From contig CAZEJU010000003.1 in assembly GCA_964512695.1 (NCBI GenBank), forward strand, positions 9,897 through 73,896: a stretch of DNA of 64,000 nucleotides. The letters are read 5' to 3'. The notes beneath the pieces are model-generated. The model saw nothing but the letters and a program-made list of their open reading frames with translations. It was not told where the DNA came from and did not search any database. The position numbers and the translations under genes were made by a program. Within the stretch, counting starts at the first letter, position 1, and each line of letters opens with the position of its first letter. Positions 9,860-20,266 of the stretch are shown piece by piece. The DNA is from an uncultured Gammaproteobacteria bacterium (GTDB lineage Bacteria > Patescibacteriota > Microgenomatia > Levybacterales > UBA12049).

Positions 9860-10492
9860 ATGAAAATTACAAAATATCTACATTCTTGTTTACTTGTTGA
9901 AGAGCAAGGAAAAATTGTACTAATAGATCCTGGTCAGTATACTTATGATGCAAAAGTGTTTCCGCTAGCTACAATCCCGCAAATAGATACTCTGGTGATA
10001 ACTCACGAGCATATAGACCATTTTTCTATACCATTTATAAAAGATATTATTGCCAGATTTCCAAATATCGAAATTTTTAGTAATGAATCTGTTGTCGCTC
10101 TTCTTGATAAAGAAGGCATTGCCGCAACTTCAGATGGCAATGAATATATAACATTACAACCAGTGCCTCATGAAGATGTAGTGATAGCTGTACCACCCCA
10201 GAATGTACTACTTACCGTATTTGGAAAATTCGCAGATCCAGGTGATTCGCATCATTTTTCCACAAACGCACCCATCCTTGCTCTTCCTATACAAGCTCCA
10301 TGGGGTAGTTTTGCTGATGCACTAAAGCTTGCGGAAGAAATTAGCCCGCAGTATGTTATTCCCATTCATGACTGGCATTGGAAAGATGACGTGAGAAAGG
10401 GAATGTACCAACGTGCAGCAGAATATTTACAACAGTCAGATATTCAATTCAAAGGATTAGAAACTGGGGAAACAATAGAATTAGCAATTTAA
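9860..10492 (+). CDS. MBL-fold metallo-hydrolase
   Basis: HxHxDH motif (VITHEHIDHF) and later His/Asp ligands. Start placed at MKITKY, just after the upstream stop. Confidence 0.75.
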   Translation: MKITKYLHSCLLVEEQGKIVLIDPGQYTYDAKVFPLATIPQIDTLVITHEHIDHFSIPFIKDIIARFPNIEIFSNESVVALLDKEGIAATSDGNEYITLQPVPHEDVVIAVPPQNVLLTVFGKFADPGDSHHFSTNAPILALPIQAPWGSFADALKLAEEISPQYVIPIHDWHWKDDVRKGMYQRAAEYLQQSDIQFKGLETGETIELAI

Positions 10493-10493
10493 A

Positions 10494-11009
10494 TCACCTC
10501 AAGAAATTTTCTTCTTTCGGTTCTTGAATTATCTTACTAAAAATAAACTCGTCATTTCCAAACCATGATTTTTTATGGAAACCCACCATCTCAAAACCCA
10601 TTTTTTCATAAAAATTTTTATTCCTCTTATCAGCATATAAATAGAGATTATGTCCGCCTAGCTCTACTATCCTTTCTTCCCAATTTTTTAATAAATTTTT
10701 ACCTATCCCTTTTCTTCGAAATTTCGGATCTACCATAAGCCAAATAGCCAAGCTTACACCAGCAAAAGGATATTCCGCTTCTAAAAAGCCTACGAGCTCT
10801 TCATTCTTAAAAGCACCCAGCAGTATTCTTGTATGGTTTTTAAGAATGGATTCAAAATTTTCTTTGTTCCACATTCGTGGACTTGTTAGCATATACTTTT
10901 TTGATCTTGCTGAGTATTCAGCAAACTCTGCTAGTAAAACAGAAGAAAAAAAATCGAAAAAAATATCTAGCTCTGATAATGCTAGTTGTCTAATCTGCAG
11001 ATTTCTCAT
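10494..11009 (-). CDS. GNAT family N-acetyltransferase
   Basis: Acetyl-CoA binding motif VDPKFRRKGIGKNLL. Confidence 0.75.
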   Translation of the reverse strand: MRNLQIRQLALSELDIFFDFFSSVLLAEFAEYSARSKKYMLTSPRMWNKENFESILKNHTRILLGAFKNEELVGFLEAEYPFAGVSLAIWLMVDPKFRRKGIGKNLLKNWEERIVELGGHNLYLYADKRNKNFYEKMGFEMVGFHKKSWFGNDEFIFSKIIQEPKEENFLR

Positions 11010-11827
11010 TTTACCCGTTTGTTCTCTAAGAGTAAGTTTATAACAACTGCCACTCCTTCTTCTTTATACGAAGGAGCTATATAATCTGCAATTGCTTTTA
11101 ATGCTTCATTTGCATTTTCCATAGCTATTTTATAGCCACAGGCAGTCAATAGCGGGTAGTCGTTATAACCGTCCCCAATGCCAATTACTTCTTCTTCCTT
11201 CAGCCCAAGCATTTTCATTAGCAACAGTACTCCCATATGTTTTGTCGCTTTTATTGAAGTTATATCCCATCCTTTACCTGCTGGGCTACTTGAATCTATA
11301 AAAGAAAGTCTTTTCGATTTCGTGCTAAGCATCTCTTCAACTATCTTTTGCTTAGCAATATCTTTAATAGCGCTTACATGTATTTTTGGTATATCAGCAA
11401 CCACCAGATCTTTAATGTCTTTAAATATATATGGACCATATCCCTTAAATAGGAAAGCATCCGGTGTATAGGCGACATCTTTTTTTTCGACTGCGAACAT
11501 TATACCTTCTTCTAGAAACAGTTTTATTAGTTCTCTAACATCACTATCTGGCATATATTCTATATGCAATGTCTTTCCAGACTGCGGGTCGACTATTTCA
11601 GCACCACCGCGCGTTATAATAGGATTTGTTAGAGCAAGAAGCCTACATGTTTGTTGCAGTATTCCTGGAAATGCTCTTCCAGAAGCAATTGAAAAAATAG
11701 ATTGAGAGTCTACCCATCGTTTAATCGCAGCTTTTACCTTTAATGGAATCTGAAAGTCTGAACCTGCTAGTGTTCCATCGAAGTCGCTTATGATGGCTTT
11801 ATACTTTTTTGAATTTTGAAGATTCAT
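11006..11827 (-). CDS. Cof-type HAD-IIB family hydrolase (sugar phosphatase-like)
   Basis: Motif I AIISDFDGTL, motif IV GIGDGYNDYPLL, YbiV/Cof-like length. Confidence 0.8.
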   Translation of the reverse strand: MNLQNSKKYKAIISDFDGTLAGSDFQIPLKVKAAIKRWVDSQSIFSIASGRAFPGILQQTCRLLALTNPIITRGGAEIVDPQSGKTLHIEYMPDSDVRELIKLFLEEGIMFAVEKKDVAYTPDAFLFKGYGPYIFKDIKDLVVADIPKIHVSAIKDIAKQKIVEEMLSTKSKRLSFIDSSSPAGKGWDITSIKATKHMGVLLLMKMLGLKEEEVIGIGDGYNDYPLLTACGYKIAMENANEALKAIADYIAPSYKEEGVAVVINLLLENKRVK

Positions 11828-12294
11828 TAACGCTTTGGAGATTGCTTTCTTCTTCGGGCTTTACCACCTGTGCCGACCTTTCGTCGTTCACGTACACGAT
11901 CATCTCGTGTAAGAAAGCCTTTCTTCTTTAGCAAGGGTCTATATTCATCTGGCTCTAATGCTGCTAAAGCACGGGAAATACCTGAAGCTACAGCTTCTAA
12001 CTGACCTTCAATACCTCCTCCAACTACTCTAATAGTAAACGCATATTTATTTTGAGCATTTACCACACGGAGAGGCTCACTGTACGTCCTTCGCATTACC
12101 TCACTAGAAAAATATTCAGTAATAGGTTTCTCATTTACTAGCATTTCTCCTTTTACAATAGGTTGTTGATTCCAAACAGCATCAGGCTTAACACTTGTAT
12201 AAAGACGTACTCGTGCTACCGCTTGTTTCCGGCGACCAACTGCAAATATATAATCCTTTTTTTGTTGTTTTGTTTGTTTAACTTGTTCTACCAT
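11827..12294 (-). CDS. rpsI: 30S ribosomal protein S9
   Basis: C-terminal GGG.EGQ..A...GISRAL......R..LKK.G.LTRD.R..ERRK.G..KARR..Q.SKR. Confidence 0.9.
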   Translation of the reverse strand: MVEQVKQTKQQKKDYIFAVGRRKQAVARVRLYTSVKPDAVWNQQPIVKGEMLVNEKPITEYFSSEVMRRTYSEPLRVVNAQNKYAFTIRVVGGGIEGQLEAVASGISRALAALEPDEYRPLLKKKGFLTRDDRVRERRKVGTGGKARRRKQSPKR

Positions 12295-12308
12295 ATAATT
12301 TTTGAATT

Positions 12309-12731
12309 TTAACTTTTAAATTTATCATTGTATGTATGTTGTTCACCCGAGAAAATAAATAAACGCTTCATCATACTGGCAGCAAGTTTATTATCAGGTA
12401 ACATACCTTTTACTGCATGTCGAATAATCTCCTCAGGTTTTCGCTCCCGTAACTCACGTAACGTTTCTGATCGATATCCTCCTGGATACCCAGAGTGTCT
12501 TACATATGTCTTCTGTTCTTCCTTCTTACCTGTTACATTAACATCTTTAGCATTCGTAATAACCACATAATCACCACAGTCAAGATTACGAACAAAGTAC
12601 GGTTTGCTTTTACCCATTAGTAATTGTGCAATCTCTGTCGCGAATCTACCTAAAGTTTTTCCTCGAGCATCTCGTAAATGCCATGCTCTCTCAACTGTAC
12701 CTATTTTTGTAGGAACTGTAATCCCATTCAT
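12309..12731 (-). CDS. rplM: 50S ribosomal protein L13
   Basis: RAWHLRDARGKTLGRFATEIAQLLMGK...DCGDYVVITNA. Confidence 0.9.
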   Translation of the reverse strand: MNGITVPTKIGTVERAWHLRDARGKTLGRFATEIAQLLMGKSKPYFVRNLDCGDYVVITNAKDVNVTGKKEEQKTYVRHSGYPGGYRSETLRELRERKPEEIIRHAVKGMLPDNKLAASMMKRLFIFSGEQHTYNDKFKS

Positions 12732-13267
12732 TATTTTTTCTCCTTTTTTACGGCTTCTTTTTTACCTTTTGTTCCATGCTGTGATTTACTACTTACTTTT
12801 TTATCTGTTTTTTTCTCGGCTTTTACATTTTTTGCTCCACTATTCAGAGCTATTACCTTATCAGTATTCGCAGCTTTAGTAACTTTCTTCTTATTTTTTT
12901 CACTTAACTGAATACCTTTATCAACCCATTCTATAATCACTACGGATGCATCATCTCCAAAACGTTTTCCCAATCTCATAATCCGTGTATATCCTCCTGG
13001 TCTATTTATGAAACGAGGAGCAATATCTGTAATCATCCTTTTTGCTGCATCTTCATGTAAATAAGGTAATAAAAAAGGAGTCGCTGCAACACCTTTTATC
13101 TTTGCCCTCGTTACAAGCTTCTCAACTGAACCTTTTATTGCTTTCGCTTTTTCTTCAGTTGTCTGGATACGCTCTTTTAAGACTAACGATGACATTAAAC
13201 CCTTAAAAAGGGCTTTTCTTTCATTTGCATCTCTTTTAAATTGTCTTCCAAAAACATTTTTTTTCAT
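12731..13267 (-). CDS. rplQ: 50S ribosomal protein L17 with Lys-rich C-terminal extension
   Basis: FGRQFKRDANERKALFKGLMSSLVLKERIQTTEEKAKAIKGSVEKLVTRAK. Tail is rich in Lys/Ala. Confidence 0.85.
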   Translation of the reverse strand: MKKNVFGRQFKRDANERKALFKGLMSSLVLKERIQTTEEKAKAIKGSVEKLVTRAKIKGVAATPFLLPYLHEDAAKRMITDIAPRFINRPGGYTRIMRLGKRFGDDASVVIIEWVDKGIQLSEKNKKKVTKAANTDKVIALNSGAKNVKAEKKTDKKVSSKSQHGTKGKKEAVKKEKK

Positions 13268-13271
13268 AAAA

Positions 13272-13381
13272 AAATCTCAAAACTCAAATCTCAAATCGTA
13301 AAACTACAACGCAAATCGTAAATCTCTATGTATTGATTTACTGCTGTAGATTTGACATTTGAGATCTAAGATTTGAGATTC
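13272..13381. repeat. long imperfect palindrome (about 50-bp arms) built from CTCAAAT/CAAAAC-like units, in the rpoA-rplQ spacer
   Basis: Left arm aaatctcaaaactcaaatctcaaatcgtaaaactacaacgcaaatcgtaaatc. The reverse complement of the right arm gatttactgctgtagatttgacatttgagatctaagatttgagattc aligns to it with few mismatches. Confidence 0.7.
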
Positions 13382-13383
13382 AA

Positions 13384-14313
13384 TTAGGCAGGTAATGTTA
13401 TTCCTTTAGCTTGAAGCTTCTCTTCGATGACTGTTAATGACTTCCCACCCATATTCCTCATACCAACAAGTTCTTTACGAGGAGTGTTAATTAATTCTTC
13501 TACTGTCTCTATTCCACCATTTCTCAAAGAATTATAAATTCTCGTAGGTAAATCCAATTCATCGATAGTGAGTTTTAATGTCTCAGGTGCAATTGTAGAA
13601 ACTGTAGTTGTAGCTTCTCCATCGGTAGTTACAGGAGCTTTTGGATTGTAAACCATAAAGAATGACTCTGCAAGAATTTTTGCTGCATCATCAAGAGCTT
13701 TTCTAGGATTAATCGTACCATTTGTCCAAATTTTAATTACAAGCTTATCAAGATTTGTTTGTCTTCCTACACGCGTTGCTTCAACAGTATATGTAACTCT
13801 TTTTATTGGTACAAATACAGCATCTGTTGGGATTATTTCTAGACTTGAAGATTTTCGATCTTCTGCTAGCGAATAACCTAATCCTCTTTCTACTGTTAAT
13901 TCCATTTCTAATTTTGCCTTTGGACCCGTTAGTGTTCCTAAATAAAGATCTTTATTCATAACTTCAACGCCATCAGTTTCCTCTAAATCTGCAGCTGTGA
14001 CTACTTTATCTCCTTTGACAGATAGCTTGATAGTTGCTGATTCTTTAGAATCTGCAAGCTTGATACAAACTTGTTTAATATTAAGAAGAAGATCAATAAT
14101 ATTTTCTTTTAATCCTGGAAGAGTTGAGAATCGATGTTTTACTCCACTAATACGTACAGAGGTTACTGCAGCACCAGGAGTAGACGTATAAAGAACACGT
14201 CTAAGAGCATTTCCCATAGTATAACCATAACCTGGCTCAAGTGGTTCGATAACGAACTCACCATATTCTTCTGTCAGTGTAGCTTCTTTAACTTTAAAAT
14301 CTAATTCGACCAT
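13384..14313 (-). CDS. rpoA: DNA-directed RNA polymerase subunit alpha
   Basis: EFVIEPLEPGYGYTMGNALRRVLY, with a C-terminal domain. The ORF-track N-terminal 27 aa (Tyr-rich) are rejected and the start is set at MVELDFKVKE. Confidence 0.9.
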   Translation of the reverse strand: MVELDFKVKEATLTEEYGEFVIEPLEPGYGYTMGNALRRVLYTSTPGAAVTSVRISGVKHRFSTLPGLKENIIDLLLNIKQVCIKLADSKESATIKLSVKGDKVVTAADLEETDGVEVMNKDLYLGTLTGPKAKLEMELTVERGLGYSLAEDRKSSSLEIIPTDAVFVPIKRVTYTVEATRVGRQTNLDKLVIKIWTNGTINPRKALDDAAKILAESFFMVYNPKAPVTTDGEATTTVSTIAPETLKLTIDELDLPTRIYNSLRNGGIETVEELINTPRKELVGMRNMGGKSLTVIEEKLQAKGITLPA

Positions 14314-14420
14314 ATAGTAATAATAATTATAGCTAAAAGTTGGATTGTAATAAGTGTAGAATTGCTTATATTTCCACAATCTAACTTCTAGCATCTAGAC
14401 TCAACTTGTCTAGTATACCA

Positions 14421-15023
14421 TTAACGAGAATAATATTCAATAATCTGTCTTGTGTTAAATGGTAGCTCAATATCTTCTCTTTTTGGCATACGAACAAGCT
14501 TTCCTTGATTACCCTCTTTCGAAAGAAAGGAAACAACTGGCACATTTTCTTCCATAAGTTTCATAATATCGGGATTCTTCTGCATTGCATTAGAAATGCT
14601 GATTATATCATTTTCTTTTACCTGATATGATGGAATGGTCATTTTCTCTCCATTAACTGTAACATGCCCATGGGTAACCATTTGTCTAGCCATAAATCTG
14701 GATTTAGCGAATCCCAAACGATATATAACGTTATCTAAACGTGTCTCTAAAAGAGATAAAAGTAATTCTTCTGTGTCACCCTTTTGTTTAGATACACGAT
14801 CAACTAATTGTTTAAACTGTTTTTCAAGCACTCCGTAAATAGCTTTTGCTTTCTGTTTCTCTCGAAGTTGTAAACCGTACTCAGATAACCTTCTTTTTCT
14901 TTTTCTTCCATGAACACCAGGTGGGATACTAATACGACGAAGCAAACTTGCAGATGTTTTATCAAGAATATTGACTCCTTCTCTTCGTGCAATTCGATGT
15001 TTAGGACCTGTATAGTGTGCCAT
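14421..15023 (-). CDS. rpsD: 30S ribosomal protein S4
   Basis: [19 protein letters not shown]... with an S4 RNA-binding domain. Confidence 0.9.
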   Translation of the reverse strand: MAHYTGPKHRIARREGVNILDKTSASLLRRISIPPGVHGRKRKRRLSEYGLQLREKQKAKAIYGVLEKQFKQLVDRVSKQKGDTEELLLSLLETRLDNVIYRLGFAKSRFMARQMVTHGHVTVNGEKMTIPSYQVKENDIISISNAMQKNPDIMKLMEENVPVVSFLSKEGNQGKLVRMPKREDIELPFNTRQIIEYYSR

Positions 15024-15424
15024 TATACTCTCCTCCTTTTTTGTGCTCTAGGACCATTATGAGGAATCGGTGTTATATCTGTGATGGACACAATACTTAA
15101 TCCTCCTGCTTTTACTCCGCGTAATGCAGATTCTCTTCCTGAACCTGGTCCTTTAATAAAGACATCAACTGTCTTTAAACCACTTACTACTGCCTTTTTT
15201 GCAGCGTCTTCTACAGCAAGTGATGCTGCGTATGGTGTGGACTTCCTCGTACCTTTGAATCCTTTTGCTCCAGAAGAACTCCATGAGATAGCATCACCAG
15301 TATCATTCGTGATAGTAACAAGTGTATTATTAAATGTCGCGCTTATATAGACTTTTCCATGTACACCTACAGTAAGTGTACTTTTCTTTTTCGTTTGTTT
15401 TACTACTGCCGTTTTTTTAGCCAT
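15023..15424 (-). CDS. rpsK: 30S ribosomal protein S11
   Basis: [33 protein letters not shown]...RKSTPYAA. Confidence 0.9.
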   Translation of the reverse strand: MAKKTAVVKQTKKKSTLTVGVHGKVYISATFNNTLVTITNDTGDAISWSSSGAKGFKGTRKSTPYAASLAVEDAAKKAVVSGLKTVDVFIKGPGSGRESALRGVKAGGLSIVSITDITPIPHNGPRAQKRRRV

Positions 15425-15445
15425 ATATTATTAAATCACTACTTA

Positions 15446-15859
15446 CTACTTTGCTGCTTCTTTAGTTTTCTGTGCAGCTTCAATCTTTGCCATGACTTCT
15501 TTCTTAATAGCACCAATTGTAACACGTTTACCACGTTTTGTACGTGCATTCGAGCGTGTTCTTTGGCCTCGCGCTGGAAGATTCCGAGCATGACGCATTC
15601 CTTTATATGAACCAATCTCTTTTAATCTGCGTATATTTCCTTGTACTTCTGCTCGTAAATCTCCTTCAATCTTTATATGTTCTAAAGCATCCGTTATTTT
15701 TTTAACTTCAGATTCTGTTAACGTTTTTGCTCGCTTAGCACCATCAATCTCTGCTTTTGCTAAGATATTCTTTACGTTACTTCTTCCGATACCATAAAGG
15801 TACGTTAACGCAATATCAATTCTCTTTTCGTCTGGTATAGTTGCACCAAGTATTCTCAT
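15446..15859 (-). CDS. rpsM: 30S ribosomal protein S13
   Basis: MRILGATIPDEKRIDIALTYLYGIGRS. Confidence 0.9.
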   Translation of the reverse strand: MRILGATIPDEKRIDIALTYLYGIGRSNVKNILAKAEIDGAKRAKTLTESEVKKITDALEHIKIEGDLRAEVQGNIRRLKEIGSYKGMRHARNLPARGQRTRSNARTKRGKRVTIGAIKKEVMAKIEAAQKTKEAAK

Positions 15860-15866
15860 AATCTAG

Positions 15867-15980
15867 TTATCCTTGCCTCTGCTTGTGTTTTGCTGTTGTA
15901 CAGACAATATATACAACACCTTTTCGTCTAATAATCTTACAATTTTTGCATCGAGGCTTTACACTTGCTTGTACTTTCAT
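15867..15980 (-). CDS. rpmJ: 50S ribosomal protein L36 (not in ORF track; found by manual translation)
   Basis: The reverse complement translates to [37 protein letters not shown], a canonical Zn-ribbon L36. Confidence 0.85.
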   Translation of the reverse strand: MKVQASVKPRCKNCKIIRRKGVVYIVCTTAKHKQRQG

Positions 15981-15981
15981 A

Positions 15982-16200
15982 TTATTTTGTTCTCCTTACT
16001 ATTCTTCCTTTCGTCGGGTCATACTTCGTCATCTCAACCCTTACCTTGTCACCAGGTAAAATACGTATAAAATTCATTCGCATCTTTCCTGATAAATGAC
16101 AAAGAACGATAGAACCATCCTCTAGCTCAACACGAAAAAGTGTATTGGGCAAAGCTTCTTTTACAATTCCATCAACTTCAATCGATCCCTGATGAGCCAT
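15982..16200 (-). CDS. infA: translation initiation factor IF-1
   Basis: [68 protein letters not shown]. Start set at the internal Met; the upstream 27 aa of the ORF are rejected. Confidence 0.88.
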   Translation of the reverse strand: MAHQGSIEVDGIVKEALPNTLFRVELEDGSIVLCHLSGKMRMNFIRILPGDKVRVEMTKYDPTKGRIVRRTK

Positions 16201-16376
16201 ATGACACGAAACACACGAATACAGCTTCTCATTCAAAAAACGTTTCGTGTTTTTCGAGAGCGAGGTGATCTTGAAGTTCAATTCTCAACTCGCGAACTAT
16301 CGCGAACAGGCAGAATAAGAAAGCGCATTCGTGTCTTTTCGCATATTATAGCAAACAAGCCTAGAAAGAGCAAACA

Positions 16377-17156
16377 TTATTTTGTCAATATTTCAGGACC
16401 ATTCTCAATTATAGCTATTGAACGCTCAAAAACCGCAGATAAACTCCCGTCAGCTGACTTTATAGTCCAATCATCCGTACCAGCATACACGACATCCGGC
16501 CTACCCATATTATAAATTACCTCAACAGCGATGGTCATTCCCTTTTCAAGTAAAGGAGTTCGTGATATAGGCTGGTCGAGAAAACCGGGCACCTCTGGCT
16601 CTTCGTGAAGCTCTTTTCCTACCCCATGACCTATTAATGTACGAACGATAGAGTAGCCACCTTCTTTTTCCACAATATCTTGTATCGCTTTAGAAATATG
16701 TCCAATACGATTCCCTAATACAGCCTGAGCAATACCTGCCTCCAAAGCCTTTTTACCAATAGCTAAAAAGAGCTGTTTTTCTTTGTAATTTTGAGTTTTG
16801 AGTTTGGAGTTTTGAGTTGAGACCAGTATGGTCTCGGCCATATCGGTATGATATCCCTGAAAATATACGCCAGCGTCTATACATACGACGTCTCTTTCTT
16901 TAAATTTATAGGGAGAAGGAACTCCATGTACAACAACATCATTCGTACAAATACACAACGTGTGATGGTATCCTGGAACTTTTTTAAACCCTGGTTCTCC
17001 ACCTTTTTCCCGGATTAACCTTTCTGCCAAAGTATCTATCTCTATTTCAGAAACTCCTGGTTTTACATTCCCAAGCACTTCCCACAATACATCTGAGAGA
17101 ATTTTTCCCCCTTGTTTCATATATTCAATTTGTTTTAAATTTTTTATATCTATCAT
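16377..17156 (-). CDS. map: type I methionine aminopeptidase
   Basis: GYHHTLCICTNDVVVHGVP, DVVCIDAGVYFQGYHTD, metal-ligand pattern. Confidence 0.9.
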   Translation of the reverse strand: MIDIKNLKQIEYMKQGGKILSDVLWEVLGNVKPGVSEIEIDTLAERLIREKGGEPGFKKVPGYHHTLCICTNDVVVHGVPSPYKFKERDVVCIDAGVYFQGYHTDMAETILVSTQNSKLKTQNYKEKQLFLAIGKKALEAGIAQAVLGNRIGHISKAIQDIVEKEGGYSIVRTLIGHGVGKELHEEPEVPGFLDQPISRTPLLEKGMTIAVEVIYNMGRPDVVYAGTDDWTIKSADGSLSAVFERSIAIIENGPEILTK

Positions 17157-17863
17157 AGTAAACCTCTCTTACGTATTTCATCTAAGATTACCTTTACTGT
17201 TTTCTCTTTAGAATAATCAGAGTTATCGATCATTATATACCCCTGACGTTCTGGATTTACTGGTAAGGGATATATTTTCCTTTCTTCATCACGACTATCT
17301 CTCTGTTTAATTTCTTCTGCTACCTCAGCTAATGAGATATTTGTCATTCCCATTGCTAACCATTGTTGTAATCGTCTTTCTGCACGAACAGACAACCGTG
17401 CAGTTAAATATAACTTAACATCTGCAGAAGGAAAAATCGCTGTTGCAGTATTTCTACCTTCTATAACAATTATAGCTCCCCTCGCTAACCGTTCATTAGA
17501 AACTGAACGGTAGATACTAATCATTTCATACTGGACTTCATTAATAGTAGCTATTTTCGAAGAAGCTGCTGATACTTCTACTGTTCTTATTTTATCGGAT
17601 ACGTCATCTTTATTTAATAAAACCCGCTTTTCTCCCAAAAAATGTATAGATATTTTTGGTAATGCTGTTATTACTGCATTTTTATCCTCAACATTTATCC
17701 CATGCTCCAAACAGTATAATGCTAAACATCTAAAAAACACTCCAGTATCAATATAAAAACCTCCCAGCTTTTCTGCAAGTAAAGGTGCAAGCGTTCCTTT
17801 ACCGGAGGCCATGGGACCATCTATAGCTATAATGAAACCTTTTCTCTCTGTCATGCCTAACAT
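17153..17863 (-). CDS. cmk: cytidylate kinase
   Basis: IIAIDGPMASGKGT P-loop and CMP-kinase architecture. Confidence 0.8.
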   Translation of the reverse strand: MLGMTERKGFIIAIDGPMASGKGTLAPLLAEKLGGFYIDTGVFFRCLALYCLEHGINVEDKNAVITALPKISIHFLGEKRVLLNKDDVSDKIRTVEVSAASSKIATINEVQYEMISIYRSVSNERLARGAIIVIEGRNTATAIFPSADVKLYLTARLSVRAERRLQQWLAMGMTNISLAEVAEEIKQRDSRDEERKIYPLPVNPERQGYIMIDNSDYSKEKTVKVILDEIRKRGLL

Positions 17864-17919
17864 GTTTCGGCATCCTCAAATAGCGGATCCTGAAACAGGT
17901 TTAGAATAACAGAGGAAAT

Positions 17920-18489
17920 CTATACACGAAGTTTACTCATAATTTCTTTATGGATTTTTTCGACAGGTTGTTCGCCATTCACTTCTATAAGTAAACGTTT
18001 TCTATGGTAATAATGAAGAACAGGTTCGGTAAATTTATGGAATAATTCAATTCTATGTCTGACTGCAGCAAGTGTTTCATCATCTCTTTGTTCAGTTTCA
18101 TGTTCTTCTCTGTAGGATAATCTCCATAACGCCTCCCGATCAGATACTTTTAAATAAATAACTTCATCTATCTTCTCGTCAAATGCTTCTGCTTGCTTCA
18201 ATGTTCTTGGAAAACCATCAAGAATATATCCTGAAATATATTCTGACCTTTTAAGATATTCCGAAACAATCTTTATAGTCCGGTTATCAGGTATTAATGT
18301 CCCCGCATGAAGAAGCTCTTTAATATAACGGCCTAATTTAGAGCGTTCTTTAGCTAGCTCACGAAAAATATGACCTGTAGAGAGATATGGAACATGAAGC
18401 TGTTTAGAAAGTAAATTACCCTGTGTGGATTTCCCTGAACCCTGGATACCGATAATTATTATTTTTAGTGTTTTACTTTCTGAAGTCAT
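17920..18489 (-). CDS. adk: adenylate kinase
   Basis: IIGIQGSGKSTQG...GHIFRE...GTLIPD; canonical position after secY. Confidence 0.85.
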   Translation of the reverse strand: MTSESKTLKIIIIGIQGSGKSTQGNLLSKQLHVPYLSTGHIFRELAKERSKLGRYIKELLHAGTLIPDNRTIKIVSEYLKRSEYISGYILDGFPRTLKQAEAFDEKIDEVIYLKVSDREALWRLSYREEHETEQRDDETLAAVRHRIELFHKFTEPVLHYYHRKRLLIEVNGEQPVEKIHKEIMSKLRV

Positions 18490-18494
18490 TGTTT

Positions 18495-19784
18495 CTATTT
18501 CCTCAAGAACTCTTCATAGTTACGAGTAACAAGATTGGCTTCTATAGATTTAAACATTTCTAATACTACACTAACAACGATAAGAATACCTGTACCTCCT
18601 AATAATAAAGTCTGTGTGTTTGTTATTCCTTGAACTGCTGTTGGAAGGATGGCTATCAGACCTAAAAATAATGCACCAACCAATGTTATTCTGTTTAAAA
18701 TATAATTTAAATATTTTGCAGTTTGGCTTCCTGGACGAATACCTGGGATAAATCCACCATATTTTTGAATTTCCTCTGCTATTTTTTGAGGATTGAAAAC
18801 AACAGCAGTATAGAAATAAGTAAATCCAACAACCAGAATGAAATACATAATATTATAAGGAATTCCTACTGGATTAAACCAGGTTGTCAACGTCTGACCT
18901 ATATTACTAAGATTCTTATCAGGTGAAGATATAAGATAATTACCTAACAGTGAAGGCAAGAGGACAAGAGATACTGCAAAAATTATTGGGATAACTCCAG
19001 CTTGATTTAACCGAAGAGGTAAATGGGTAGACTGACCACCAGCCATTTTACTTCCTCTTACTCTTTTCGCATAATACACAGTAATTTGTCTTGTAGCTTC
19101 ATTAACCACAATAATTGCCGCAATCATTACTACGCTTAAAAGTAATAATAAACCAGTCGTAAGAATATTCTCCGAGGTTATAGTTTCTGCAGTCTGTCCC
19201 AAAAGAATAGGTAGTCTTCCTACGATTCCCGCGAAAATCAGTACGGATGTACCGTTACCCACACCTCGTTCTGAAATCAACTCCCCAAGCCATACCAAAA
19301 ACATTGTGCCCGCAACCATTGTTAAAATAAATGATATAAGACCTAACGGCGGAAGTGTCGAAATAATACCTTGACTACGAAGTAAAGCATACATTCCGAG
19401 AGCTTGAAGTGCGCCTAGAGGAACAGTAATAAAACGAGTATATTGATTTATCTTTCTTCTTCCTTGTTCTCCTTCCTTCGATAACTCTTCTAATTTCGGG
19501 AAGATCATGGTTAAAAGTTGCAGAATGATAGATGCATTAATATAAGGATTCAAGCCTAAGGCCATAATAGAAAAATTAGCAAGAGTTCCTCCTGAAAAGA
19601 TATCGAGTAACCCGAGGAATTGATTTTGGCTAAACAAATTCCGGAGTTGTGTTACATTTACACCCGCAACAGGAATATATGCAAATAACCTGAAGATGAA
19701 AAGTATAACAATAGTAAACAGAATTTTCTTTCGAATTTCTGGAGTACTTAAACTTTTACGGAGAGTACGGATCGCTTCATTCAT
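18495..19784 (-). CDS. secY: preprotein translocase subunit SecY
   Basis: 10-TM protein of the right length, in the conserved position between rplO and adk. Confidence 0.9.
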   Translation of the reverse strand: MNEAIRTLRKSLSTPEIRKKILFTIVILFIFRLFAYIPVAGVNVTQLRNLFSQNQFLGLLDIFSGGTLANFSIMALGLNPYINASIILQLLTMIFPKLEELSKEGEQGRRKINQYTRFITVPLGALQALGMYALLRSQGIISTLPPLGLISFILTMVAGTMFLVWLGELISERGVGNGTSVLIFAGIVGRLPILLGQTAETITSENILTTGLLLLLSVVMIAAIIVVNEATRQITVYYAKRVRGSKMAGGQSTHLPLRLNQAGVIPIIFAVSLVLLPSLLGNYLISSPDKNLSNIGQTLTTWFNPVGIPYNIMYFILVVGFTYFYTAVVFNPQKIAEEIQKYGGFIPGIRPGSQTAKYLNYILNRITLVGALFLGLIAILPTAVQGITNTQTLLLGGTGILIVVSVVLEMFKSIEANLVTRNYEEFLRK

Positions 19785-19822
19785 GGATTGTTAGCTAATT
19801 TACGCTGATACAGCATTTTTAA

Positions 19823-20266
19823 CTATACTTTGTTTTCTATACTGCCACCAGCTTTTATTATTTTATCAGCAGCGGATTGTGAAACAGGAACTTTTACAGT
19901 TAAAGGGTTATTTACAGTACCATGGCCCAAAAGCTTTACACCCACTTTTCGTGCATTTTCTTCTACTATTTTCATCTTTATAAGTGTATCTACGTCTACT
20001 GTACCTTTTGCTGGAATTCTTGCTAAATCATGTAGGTTCAACACATATGGCTTTAACCCCCTGGCTTTATTACGAAGCTTACCTCGTAAAAAAGGCATTC
20101 TTTTTACTAATGGAAGAGCTCCACCTTCAAATCGTAACGGGACAGAATTTCTTGCTTTCTGACCTTTTGTACCCCGGCCTCCTGTCTTTCCACGGCCTGA
20201 ACCATGACCTAAACCAAGTCTTTTCTTATTTCTCTGTACTACTGATGGCAATGTATGAAGTTCCAT
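19823..20266 (-). CDS. rplO: 50S ribosomal protein L15
   Basis: RLGLGHGSGRGKTGGRGTKGQKAR. Confidence 0.9.
   Translation of the reverse strand: MELHTLPSVVQRNKKRLGLGHGSGRGKTGGRGTKGQKARNSVPLRFEGGALPLVKRMPFLRGKLRNKARGLKPYVLNLHDLARIPAKGTVDVDTLIKMKIVEENARKVGVKLLGHGTVNNPLTVKVPVSQSAADKIIKAGGSIENKV

Noticed and set aside
14314-14394. Tyr-rich 27-aa N-terminal extension of rpoA in the ORF track (MLEVRLWKYKQFYTYYNPTFSYNYYYY)
   Set aside because: The alpha-subunit homology begins at the internal Met (MVELDFKVKE). The extension is probably read-through of upstream non-coding sequence.
16788-16822. Considered the map heptamer repeat as an insertion into the protein
   Set aside because: Alignment to E. 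coli MAP shows the segment length is conserved (18 aa). It is low-complexity coding sequence and not an inserted element.
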